A DNA stretch of 62,744 bases, the filler included. It is 5 parts of 5 records of this genome, joined end to end, with 100 filler letters (N's around TTAATTAATTAA, not from the genome) between each part and the next. Parts side by side here need not be neighbours in the genome. Positions count along the whole stretch, not along the records: positions 14,308 to 45,799 come from SRR20825010_3042; 4 more parts are not named here. One strand, given 5' to 3'. The position numbers and the translations under genes are program-made. The notes under the pieces were generated by a model, which searched no databases, was not told the origin of the DNA, and saw nothing but the letters and a program-made list of their open reading frames with translations. Shown in pieces: positions 20,384 through 28,254 of this stretch. Numbering within the stretch: position 1 is the first letter of the stretch; the number at the start of each line of letters is the position of its first letter.

Positions 20384-20842
20384 ATGGAACAAAAAACAAA
20401 AGTCAACGCGGAAGACGGGAAGCAAGAGGTGCTGATCACCCGAGAATTTAATTTACCCGTAGAATTACTTTTTACAGCCTACGTAGAACCAGAAATTGTG
20501 GAACAATGGATGGGAACGAAAGTGGTGAAACTAGAAAGCAGACGTCACGGAAGTTACCAATTCGTAACCACTGATCCGATGGGAAACAAGCACGGATTCA
20601 ATGGCGTTATTCATGAGTTCTTAGTAAATCAAAGAATAACGAGAACGTTTGAAATGGAGAATGCACCTTACCCAGTTCAATTGGAATACCTCGAATTTGA
20701 ACCACTCACGGAAACTACGAGTAGACTCAATATGAAAGTGATCTATAAATCCGTTGCCGATCGCGACGAAATCCTAAAATTGCCTTTCGCATTTGGAATA
20801 AATAGAGCACACGACAAATTAGAAGAAGTTTTAACCAGATAA
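20384..20842 (+). CDS. SRPBCC/AHSA1 domain protein
   Basis: ITREFNLPVELLFTAYVEPE..QWMG pattern; usual ArsR partner. Confidence 0.85.
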   Translation: MEQKTKVNAEDGKQEVLITREFNLPVELLFTAYVEPEIVEQWMGTKVVKLESRRHGSYQFVTTDPMGNKHGFNGVIHEFLVNQRITRTFEMENAPYPVQLEYLEFEPLTETTSRLNMKVIYKSVADRDEILKLPFAFGINRAHDKLEEVLTR

Positions 20843-20853
20843 ATCAACGTAAT

Positions 20854-21258
20854 ATGACAAAGGAAATCTCAAATACTGGACGAACAGGCAAAATCATTTA
20901 TTGGATCACCACAGCACTTTTGTCTTTTGGAATGCTCGGGAGTGGAATCTCACAAATCCTTCATTTGGAAGAGATGAACGAACTGATCACTCATGTTGGT
21001 TACCCACTTTACTTCATGTACATCATTGGCGTTTGGAAAGTACTTGGCGTAATAGCGATATTAATTCCAAAGAATGCGTTGCTAAAAGAATGGGCTTACG
21101 CAGGTTTCTTCTTTTTACTGACGGGTGCTTTATTTTCACATTTGGCGATCGGAGATGTTGGAAGTGCAATCTTTGGACCTGTTTTTCAAACAATTTTCTT
21201 AGTGTCATCTTGGTATTTTAGACCATCTAACCGAAAACTTAAGCTCGCTAAAAACTAG
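20854..21258 (+). CDS. DoxX-like membrane protein
   Basis: GYPLYF, LKEWAYAG, 4 TM. Confidence 0.85.
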   Translation: MTKEISNTGRTGKIIYWITTALLSFGMLGSGISQILHLEEMNELITHVGYPLYFMYIIGVWKVLGVIAILIPKNALLKEWAYAGFFFLLTGALFSHLAIGDVGSAIFGPVFQTIFLVSSWYFRPSNRKLKLAKN

Positions 21259-21263
21259 ATTAT

Positions 21264-21845
21264 ATGAAATCAGAAGAGGTAGATCGATTTTTAGGGAAAG
21301 TAAAAAAGTGGAAAGAAGAAATGAGCGTTTTGCGGAAAATCTGTCTGGACTGTGGATTGACCGAAGAATTCAAATGGATGCATCCATGCTACACCTTGCA
21401 AGGAAAGAACATCGTTTTAATTCACCAGTTTAAAGATTATTGTGCGCTGCTCTTCCACAAAGGTGTCTTGATGAACGATACAGAGAACATATTAATCCAA
21501 CAAACGGAAAATGTTCAATCCGCACGTCAAATTCGATTTACAAACGTTACCGAAATTGTGGAACTCGAAGCGATCATAAAAACATACATTTTCGAAGCTG
21601 TCGAGATCGAAAAAGCAGGGCTAGAGGTGAAAATGAAAAAAACATCAGAGTTCAATGTACCGGAGGAACTTCAGCTAAAATTTCAAGAAATTCAGGGCTT
21701 AGAAGCTGCGTTTAAAGCCTTAACCCCTGGACGACAAAAAGGCTATCTACTTTATTTTTCGCAGGCAAAACAGTCCAAAACGCGGGAATCTAGGATTGAA
21801 AAATACATTCCAAGAATCTACGAAGGAAAAGGGTTGAACGATTAA
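21264..21845 (+). CDS. YdeI/OmdA family (DUF1801) protein
   Basis: EEFKWMHPCY, FHKG, LTPGRQKGY, AKQSKTR. Confidence 0.88.
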   Translation: MKSEEVDRFLGKVKKWKEEMSVLRKICLDCGLTEEFKWMHPCYTLQGKNIVLIHQFKDYCALLFHKGVLMNDTENILIQQTENVQSARQIRFTNVTEIVELEAIIKTYIFEAVEIEKAGLEVKMKKTSEFNVPEELQLKFQEIQGLEAAFKALTPGRQKGYLLYFSQAKQSKTRESRIEKYIPRIYEGKGLND

Positions 21846-21879
21846 TAGTGACCAATTAATAGGGTTCATTCATTGCCAC

Positions 21880-21916
21880 AAAAAAGAAAGACTGTCCTCT
21901 CAGACAGCCTTTCTTC
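21880..21916. terminator. Bidirectional terminator
   Basis: AAGAAAGACTGTC-ctctca-GACAGCCTTTCTT between convergent genes. Confidence 0.7.
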
Positions 21917-21938
21917 TCTTAATAATCGAACTATTCGG

Positions 21939-22415
21939 TTACTTCTTTTTATTTCTCAGTCCATCACTCACGCCGAGTAAAAAGATCAAGCCATAAACAA
22001 TCGGAATTATTGGAATTGCTTGTATTGCGCCAGGTCCTGAGTTTGGTGAACAACCGACGTCTGTTTTAATGGCATTCATTGCGAATTTAGCTTCTGGAAG
22101 TGCTGCATAAACGTCTTTCAACGAAGTGTGTATCGCATCGAAATCCTCCATTCTTTTAACCGAAGGAATGATCTTTTCGGTCAGACTTTTTTGCAAATCA
22201 ACAGCGGTATAGGGATAGTCTGTACTAAAATCTTTTGATCCTATGCTTGACCCCTTCATGTAGTAGTTGAACAAAAATGGAAGGAGTTCAATCCACCAAT
22301 CAGGAGTTGAGATACATTCCGTATTTGTCAATAACTGTTTTGTCTGAAGACTTCCGCTTGAAGACTTTCCGCGAAGGAAAAGTTCAACATTTCCAAGTGA
22401 TAATATTTCATTCAT
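21939..22415 (-). CDS. Hypothetical protein B (158 aa) with hydrophobic GxxxG C-terminal tail; paralog of 22435-22905
   Basis: Start MNEILSLG; tail AIPIIPIVYGLIFLLGVSDGLRNKKK. Confidence 0.7.
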   Translation of the reverse strand: MNEILSLGNVELFLRGKSSSGSLQTKQLLTNTECISTPDWWIELLPFLFNYYMKGSSIGSKDFSTDYPYTAVDLQKSLTEKIIPSVKRMEDFDAIHTSLKDVYAALPEAKFAMNAIKTDVGCSPNSGPGAIQAIPIIPIVYGLIFLLGVSDGLRNKKK

Positions 22416-22434
22416 GATTTCTGTTTTTAATGTC

Positions 22435-22905
22435 TTACTTACCACCAAAAAAGTAGCCTATACCATATCCAATTGCGTACACCGCTACAGCTCTAACTAC
22501 AATTACAGCAATCACCGGCGGAATCATCATAAGTGTTGGATCACTGCTGTTTCCAAGACTTTCTTTCACTTTGTCACTGTATTCAGCAACAAGCATTTTC
22601 ATCTCTGGGTATTCGTAAAAAATTTCCTTGACGATCGTATCTGCTTCTTCAACGCTGGTCGCTTGTTTCAATTTTGGGATAAGTTGATTTTCAATACGGA
22701 AACCCAACTCTTTCACGGAATCAGGAGTTTGATTGACGCTCGCATTTTTAACCAATTCATTTGAACGCGCAAATAGGTCGAACATTGGAGGAAAGAAGAA
22801 ATCAAAAATCGGTGGCCATTTGATGCAGCCGTCTGTTCTGAAGTCGTTAGGAGATTGTTTCTTTAAGATCAATTCAAATTCTCCAAGTGATAATAAATTA
22901 CTCAT
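22435..22905 (-). CDS. Hypothetical protein A (156 aa) with hydrophobic GxxxG C-terminal tail
   Basis: Start MSNLLSLG after an A-rich leader; tail IPPVIAVIVVRAVAVYAIGYGIGYFFGGK. Confidence 0.7.
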   Translation of the reverse strand: MSNLLSLGEFELILKKQSPNDFRTDGCIKWPPIFDFFFPPMFDLFARSNELVKNASVNQTPDSVKELGFRIENQLIPKLKQATSVEEADTIVKEIFYEYPEMKMLVAEYSDKVKESLGNSSDPTLMMIPPVIAVIVVRAVAVYAIGYGIGYFFGGK

Positions 22906-22984
22906 ATTAGTTTTTTTTAAGTTGCCTACTCTATGAAGGACTTTTCGGCTTTCGTCCTGATGAATTTGCATCCAATCATTGATG

Positions 22985-23012
22985 AGTGCCGTTCAGTTCA
23001 AGAACCTAACCA
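22985..23012 (-). promoter_or_regulatory. Putative ECF promoter copy 1: TGGTTAG-N16-GCACT
   Basis: About 80 nt upstream of the ATG at 22905; same boxes and spacing as 27527-27554. Confidence 0.65.
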
Positions 23013-23195
23013 TGAATGTGTTTTTAAAAAAAATATTTTTTTAATAGGCTGTGAGTCAGTTGTTTATAATAGTGAGAAATACTTCTATCCGCCACTATTT
23101 TATCATTGAAATGGGAATTATTGTTGAACTTACTTAGATTCGAACTTGTGAAAACAGTACATTAGATAATGGAAAATCGCGCAACGGAAGATTTC

Positions 23196-25964
23196 CTACT
23201 TGGACAATTGTGCTCTTCGTTTCAGTTTAATTAGGACGATCAGCAGAAAAATTCCAACCGTGGAGCCACCAAGTATCCACCAATTCCCCCAAGAAATATG
23301 GGTGTTGAGCGAAAGTTGATTCGAGCCTACCAATACCATGCTTGACCAATAATGTGGGTGCGCGCTAAATTCGTCGACGTTTTCGTTGCTCAAATACTGG
23401 CGCTTCGCGAAGGTCAGCGCTTTACTTGGGTTGTTTGCAGGTAATCTTTTATAAAAATCACTTAGAATTTCACTGTTCGCTGCGTGATTTACTTTCCAGA
23501 GCGATCCCATAATATTTCGACTCCCCGTTTGCGCAAAACTTTTAGACAAACTCATTACTCCTTCGCCTTTCATATAATCGCCCGAGCCAGTTTCGCATGC
23601 GCTTAGAACGATTAATTCAGGTGCACAATCGAGCGTCGCTAACTCGGAAGTCAATAGGTGACGTTTATTGATTGGGTCTTTACCAGAAAAAGCGATGGAA
23701 GCTTGATGGAAGCGCTCGTCCCACGTTGTCGCATGTGTTGAAAGGTGAAGGATACGATAATAGGCTGCGTTCGCAATGAATTTTTTCTTCGTCGCATCTT
23801 TCCCCAACAAGGAAATTCCACCCAATTTCAATCCTGCGTTGATTTCACTTTCCGAATACGGCAATTCAGCGTACTCTGAACCATTTTTAAAGAGTGGAGC
23901 AATGCCTAAAAAATTTTCTTTGAATTGATTTTGGTGATGAGGCTTCATCAAACGCTTCATAGAATAAGCATACCTGATTTCATAATTTCTGACGAGGTAA
24001 TCTAGTTTCTTGAAATTGGTTCCTTTTCCTTTCGCAAATGCTTCAAACGGCAAAAGTGCGAGCGGTCCGTCGGGAATAATGAGTAGCTCGTGTTGTGAAA
24101 GATACGTTTCAAAAGGCTTTATAAAAGCTGAATAACAGCCAACAGCAGCACGTTTGTAGGAAGTGAATGCACCGTAATCAGGTGTCGCTAATTGTGTTCT
24201 AAGTATGTTTAAGCGGTTACTTAAGGTCTCCGAAACGGACTCAATATGTAGGTAAATTTTTCCCTTAATAATTCCAAAGCAATACACATCTTGACTGCCG
24301 AAATAGTAGGTGATGGTGTTGACGGGAAATTTACGAATGAAACGGTCAAAATCACGCGTGTCAAAGGAGTTTGTTGTCGCCATATTTCTATAAATGGCGG
24401 GATATTTCTTCTTTACAATCTCCGTAAGAAGCAATAGTTCTTGACTTAATTGAAAGTCCTGCTCTTTCAGAAATTTCATGGAAGCACCTTCGTTGTTAAG
24501 TCCCGCTTTGGACAATTGCGCTTGAATGGATTCTGAATAACTTCTGTATCGAATCAACTCTTGGATTTCCTTTGGTAATGATTGCCGATTTTTCAGTGCA
24601 CTGTCAAAGTTTGACTCGGATAAAAGAATCCCTTTCGTCTTTTCTGTCAATAAAACACCTTTCAGCAACCAGGATTCATCTTTTGAAAGCGCATAAAGTG
24701 ATGTGATTACTTGAAGTGCCTCCTCACCAGTATCGTGTAATTCTCGAATGAATGACAGCTTTGAATCGAGATTCGTATATTCTCTTCTGTAAAGTCCCTC
24801 AGCCAAAAAGTAATATTCGTAATGTCTATAAGAATGTTCTAAATGGCCCTTCATCTTCTCTTTCTCGCCAAAAACACGGTAGGCTTCTGCTTTCTTCAGC
24901 AGCGCTTCCAAAATAATTACCTCGGGATATAATTGAGAAATGTTCGGAAGTTCATGATCCGATGTTGGATGGAAGCGAATAATGACAGATTTAAGTGCCG
25001 ATTGATAATGTGCAAGCGCTTCACTTGGATTTCCCTGTTTCAAAAGATTCTCTCCGCGGGCTAAACATAATTTACCCCAAGTTCTGTGTTGCCTTTCCGG
25101 TAGACACACCGTTAATTTGTTCTCGGCGAGCATGAAGTTGCGCTGGGCTTCTACAAAGTCACCTTTTTTGGTTAGAATCATTCCAAGTGAAATATACGCA
25201 CCAGCCTGATATCCCATGATTCGATAATCTCCTTCGATGCGTGAAAAATAAGCAAGACTGCTCATCGCGAAGCGGATTCCGGTGTCATATTCTTCGGTGT
25301 TCAGTGATGCAGCGGCAGCATTTGAAGCGAGTAATCCTTTCGCTTCATTGGATTCTCCAGAAAGTTGTAAGCCCTTGTTGTAACAATCAAGCGCACTTAT
25401 AAAATCTCCTTTATTCGCGAATGCTAATCCTAAATCATTATAGCCTAAACCGATGAAATGTTTGTTGTCGACAGTAACGTTTGCTTCAATAAACTTAGTC
25501 AACAATCGAATGGCTTGCTCATTTTCTCCCAATCGAGTGTAAATATTTCCCAATGGGTGATATACGTGATTAATTACATTGAGGTCCAAATAATTGAATG
25601 CTTCAAAATCAATTAATACGTTTAGATAATCTTCTTTTGCTCCGAAATAATCGCCTCCTTCTGATTTGACATAACCTCTGTTCGTAATTGCCCAACACCA
25701 GGCTATTTTTTCTGCTTGAGTTGAAGGTTTGCGCCAGTTCGTGCGCTCCATTTCATCAATAATAGAGATTGCTTTTTTATATTCCAACGACGCCAAGTGC
25801 TGCTTCGCAATTGCTTTGTGCGCATTGATCCAAAGCTCTAGTTTCTTTTGCTTCCGATAGGTCTGAATTTCATGCTTTAGTGCATCAATGGGGGCATTCG
25901 CATGTGCAACACTTGTCGCTAACGAAACAAAGACTAAAGCGACAAGAATCAGGGATTTCAACAA
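23196..25964 (-). CDS. Exported TPR-CHAT (caspase-like, clan CD) protease with C-terminal TM anchor
   Basis: Signal peptide; TPR array; LLIIPDGPLALLPFEA; catalytic ILHLSTHA and VLSACETG; SLWKV; HPHYWS; hydrophobic tail then KRR. Confidence 0.9.
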   Translation of the reverse strand: MLKSLILVALVFVSLATSVAHANAPIDALKHEIQTYRKQKKLELWINAHKAIAKQHLASLEYKKAISIIDEMERTNWRKPSTQAEKIAWCWAITNRGYVKSEGGDYFGAKEDYLNVLIDFEAFNYLDLNVINHVYHPLGNIYTRLGENEQAIRLLTKFIEANVTVDNKHFIGLGYNDLGLAFANKGDFISALDCYNKGLQLSGESNEAKGLLASNAAAASLNTEEYDTGIRFAMSSLAYFSRIEGDYRIMGYQAGAYISLGMILTKKGDFVEAQRNFMLAENKLTVCLPERQHRTWGKLCLARGENLLKQGNPSEALAHYQSALKSVIIRFHPTSDHELPNISQLYPEVIILEALLKKAEAYRVFGEKEKMKGHLEHSYRHYEYYFLAEGLYRREYTNLDSKLSFIRELHDTGEEALQVITSLYALSKDESWLLKGVLLTEKTKGILLSESNFDSALKNRQSLPKEIQELIRYRSYSESIQAQLSKAGLNNEGASMKFLKEQDFQLSQELLLLTEIVKKKYPAIYRNMATTNSFDTRDFDRFIRKFPVNTITYYFGSQDVYCFGIIKGKIYLHIESVSETLSNRLNILRTQLATPDYGAFTSYKRAAVGCYSAFIKPFETYLSQHELLIIPDGPLALLPFEAFAKGKGTNFKKLDYLVRNYEIRYAYSMKRLMKPHHQNQFKENFLGIAPLFKNGSEYAELPYSESEINAGLKLGGISLLGKDATKKKFIANAAYYRILHLSTHATTWDERFHQASIAFSGKDPINKRHLLTSELATLDCAPELIVLSACETGSGDYMKGEGVMSLSKSFAQTGSRNIMGSLWKVNHAANSEILSDFYKRLPANNPSKALTFAKRQYLSNENVDEFSAHPHYWSSMVLVGSNQLSLNTHISWGNWWILGGSTVGIFLLIVLIKLKRRAQLSK

Positions 25965-26022
25965 CCAAACACCGTTTTAAATGCACTGCGAAAATAAACA
26001 ATTAGTTTGTACAACTCAACGC

Positions 26023-26053
26023 AAAAAAAGGACCTCACATCAATGAAGTCCTT
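26023..26053 (-). terminator. Terminator between the DUF7619-like and CHAT genes
   Basis: Minus strand AAGGACTTCA-ttgatg-TGAGGTCCTTTTTTT. Confidence 0.65.
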
Positions 26054-26072
26054 CTAAAAAGTGTTTTTTAGG

Positions 26073-27509
26073 CTATTTTTTTTGCTTTTTTCGACTCAAG
26101 AACAGGAGTAAAAGTAAGAGTACAATAATTCCTAATAGAATATATACAATCCAACAGCCGCACCATTTTGACGGCTTTTCATTAGTCAAAACAGGGTTGG
26201 GACACGTCGAAACAGCAATATTGGTGATTACAGGATCGTTTTCATCGAAAATAATGGCTGCTTTTGCCGTTATATCTTCACCAATCACGTAATTATTTTT
26301 CACTTTCACTTCAAACGAAAACATATCTCTCGTTGTAGCGGGATCGTTTAAGAGCGTATCAGACAGTCCACTGAGGACTAGGTTGTGAAACTCGAAAATC
26401 ACTTTGTGATTGCTCTGATCGATCCAATAATTTGCTTGGGTATTTGAAATAGTTGAAGGAAATCCAACAAGCGCATTGGATTGATTTAAGGACATACCGT
26501 GCGGAAGTCGTGTTAAATGAATCGTTGACAAATCATGCATTTCATCAAGGCTTACTTCCACTTTTACATAACGTGTTTCCTTCTCACCCACATTTTGAAA
26601 GTGAATATTGTAGTTGAGGGTTTTACCGCCAACGACACAGTCGGTGTTTTCGGGAGTTACTTCAATTCTATTCGGATCGTGGGACCCGCTAAATTTCATT
26701 GCGATCGATGCCGTTTCTTCCGTGAAAATAGGAGAAGGAACTAAATCCGAACGGTGAAAGGTTATCGCAACGGGAAAACTTCCCGACTTTTCTGAACCTT
26801 TGTATCTAAATGGAAGTAACATTGACCGCTCTTCACCTGGATTAATTGGCGATCCGATATTCCATTTCAATTCGTGCGTGTTTCCTGCAAATGATTCGCA
26901 ATGTGCCAAAAATGAGGGACGTGTGTTGTCATTCATCGCGTACTCAAAATCAGCGGAGTGCTCCCCAAAATCAAGGGTGATATAGCTTTCAGGATTCAGA
27001 ACATTCCCACCTTCAGGATTTCCGTAAGTCACAATAAAATATACAATGTCACCTAAAACAGCATCACGGTAGTTGCGAATGTCGATATAATTTGAATTCG
27101 TTACGCCGTTCAGTATTTTCGGCAAACTTGGAACAAATGGCTGACTTAAATTTCCGTAGTTAATGTCTACACCAACCACAGGTGGAGGTCCCGTATTTCC
27201 ATAATTTTCGGTAACAATTCCGAAAATTTTGTAGGACGAGGGAGGGAAGTTGGTTTTGATTTGACTAGGATTATGGAATGAATGGGCTGCAGCCTGCCCC
27301 TGAATTATTCGGTAACCACCATCGCCGAACCACCATAAAGTGGTAAATACCGACCGTGGATTTGTGGGTTGAAATGCCGGAGTAATTTGAAATCTATCGC
27401 GATTTCCTGGAGTGTGTTGCACGGACTGCTGACTGAGCGTGAAACCGCTAAAAATCAGTAAAAATGCGGTTATCAAAGATGTAATTAAACGTTTAAACAT
27501 AGGATTCAT
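26073..27509 (-). CDS. Exported PKD-like/DUF7619-like beta-sandwich protein with C-terminal TM anchor
   Basis: Signal peptide; WWFGDG (PKD-like); SHDPN..LNYNIHFQNVG and AAIIFDENDPVITN (DUF7619-like); WCGCW, Leu-rich TM, RKKQKK. Confidence 0.7.
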   Translation of the reverse strand: MNPMFKRLITSLITAFLLIFSGFTLSQQSVQHTPGNRDRFQITPAFQPTNPRSVFTTLWWFGDGGYRIIQGQAAAHSFHNPSQIKTNFPPSSYKIFGIVTENYGNTGPPPVVGVDINYGNLSQPFVPSLPKILNGVTNSNYIDIRNYRDAVLGDIVYFIVTYGNPEGGNVLNPESYITLDFGEHSADFEYAMNDNTRPSFLAHCESFAGNTHELKWNIGSPINPGEERSMLLPFRYKGSEKSGSFPVAITFHRSDLVPSPIFTEETASIAMKFSGSHDPNRIEVTPENTDCVVGGKTLNYNIHFQNVGEKETRYVKVEVSLDEMHDLSTIHLTRLPHGMSLNQSNALVGFPSTISNTQANYWIDQSNHKVIFEFHNLVLSGLSDTLLNDPATTRDMFSFEVKVKNNYVIGEDITAKAAIIFDENDPVITNIAVSTCPNPVLTNEKPSKWCGCWIVYILLGIIVLLLLLLFLSRKKQKK

Positions 27510-27526
27510 TTTTATTATCCATCGTT

Positions 27527-27554
27527 AGTGCAATTCGACGGCTAAATCTAACCA
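27527..27554 (-). promoter_or_regulatory. Putative ECF promoter copy 2: TGGTTAG-N16-GCACT
   Basis: 17 nt upstream of the 27509 start. Confidence 0.65.
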
Positions 27555-27577
27555 AAAACAAATTATTTTTTTCTAAT

Positions 27578-27605
27578 TGGTTAGGGTTTCTTTCTTCGAG
27601 AGACT
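27578..27605 (+). promoter_or_regulatory. Putative ECF promoter copy 3: TGGTTAG-N16-AGACT (autoregulatory)
   Basis: Back-to-back with copy 2, pointing at the sigma gene; TACCTTTG (27606) and TATATTTG (27646) housekeeping -7 elements follow. Confidence 0.5.
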
Positions 27606-27660
27606 TACCTTTGAAATCAAAAAAAAGTCTGCGCACGGAAACGCGTATATTTGTCAAACT

Positions 27661-28254
27661 ATGCCAAGATTATTTAGAACATATTCTGATCAGGAAGTTA
27701 TAGAAGGAATCAAACAAGGAGGCGCGTCGGAAGACAAGGTGATTTCGTTCTTACTTAAAAAGAATGAATCTCCCATTTATGGCTATGTATTGAAGAATAG
27801 TGGTAATCGAGAAATGGCTTCGAGTATTTTGATCGAGGGAATTATGGAATTGTTGTTCAATGTGAGAAAAGGAGCATTTCGCGGTGAAAGCAGCTTGAAT
27901 ACCTATCTTTTTTCCATCTGCAAAGGACTTTGGCTCAAACACCTGCGTAAAGAAAAGAAACACGCGGATTGGAATGATCAGTTGGATGAAGCTTCGGAAG
28001 AAGATACGATCAAGGAACTTTACGGCGATTTAAAATTGAGCTTAGAAGCGGTTCTATCACATATCGGAGCAAGCTGTAAAAAAGTACTGGAATTGTGGAG
28101 TATGCATTATTCCATGACCGAAATTGCTCTACACATGTCCTATAAGAATGCGCAAATAGCTATGAATAAGAAAAATAAGTGTTTGACTGCACTTAAATCG
28201 CATGTCGCGTCGAATCAATCGTTGAAGGAGCACTTATTAAATTATCTGCAATGA
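27661..28254 (+). CDS. ECF-type RNA polymerase sigma factor
   Basis: Region 2 FRGESSLNTYLFSIC; region 4 SMTEIALHMSY..KNKC; 197 aa from ATG 27661. Confidence 0.85.
   Translation: MPRLFRTYSDQEVIEGIKQGGASEDKVISFLLKKNESPIYGYVLKNSGNREMASSILIEGIMELLFNVRKGAFRGESSLNTYLFSICKGLWLKHLRKEKKHADWNDQLDEASEEDTIKELYGDLKLSLEAVLSHIGASCKKVLELWSMHYSMTEIALHMSYKNAQIAMNKKNKCLTALKSHVASNQSLKEHLLNYLQ

Noticed and set aside
22930-22975. Possible hammerhead or riboswitch in the twin-ORF leader (CTGATGA on plus; GGACGAAA on minus)
   Set aside because: The core elements lie on opposite strands and only a 5-bp stem is evident.
27577-27660. N-terminal extension of sigma from TTG 27577; likewise extended starts at 22971, 22448, 33301, 41002, 48064 and 57926
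   Set aside because: The extensions overlap promoter elements or neighbouring genes; downstream ATGs fit the family N-termini better.
23196-28254. Type III-E CRISPR (Craspase) or gasdermin locus
   Set aside because: No Cas7-11, array or gasdermin-like gene is recognisable, and the CHAT has a signal peptide and TM; analogy only.
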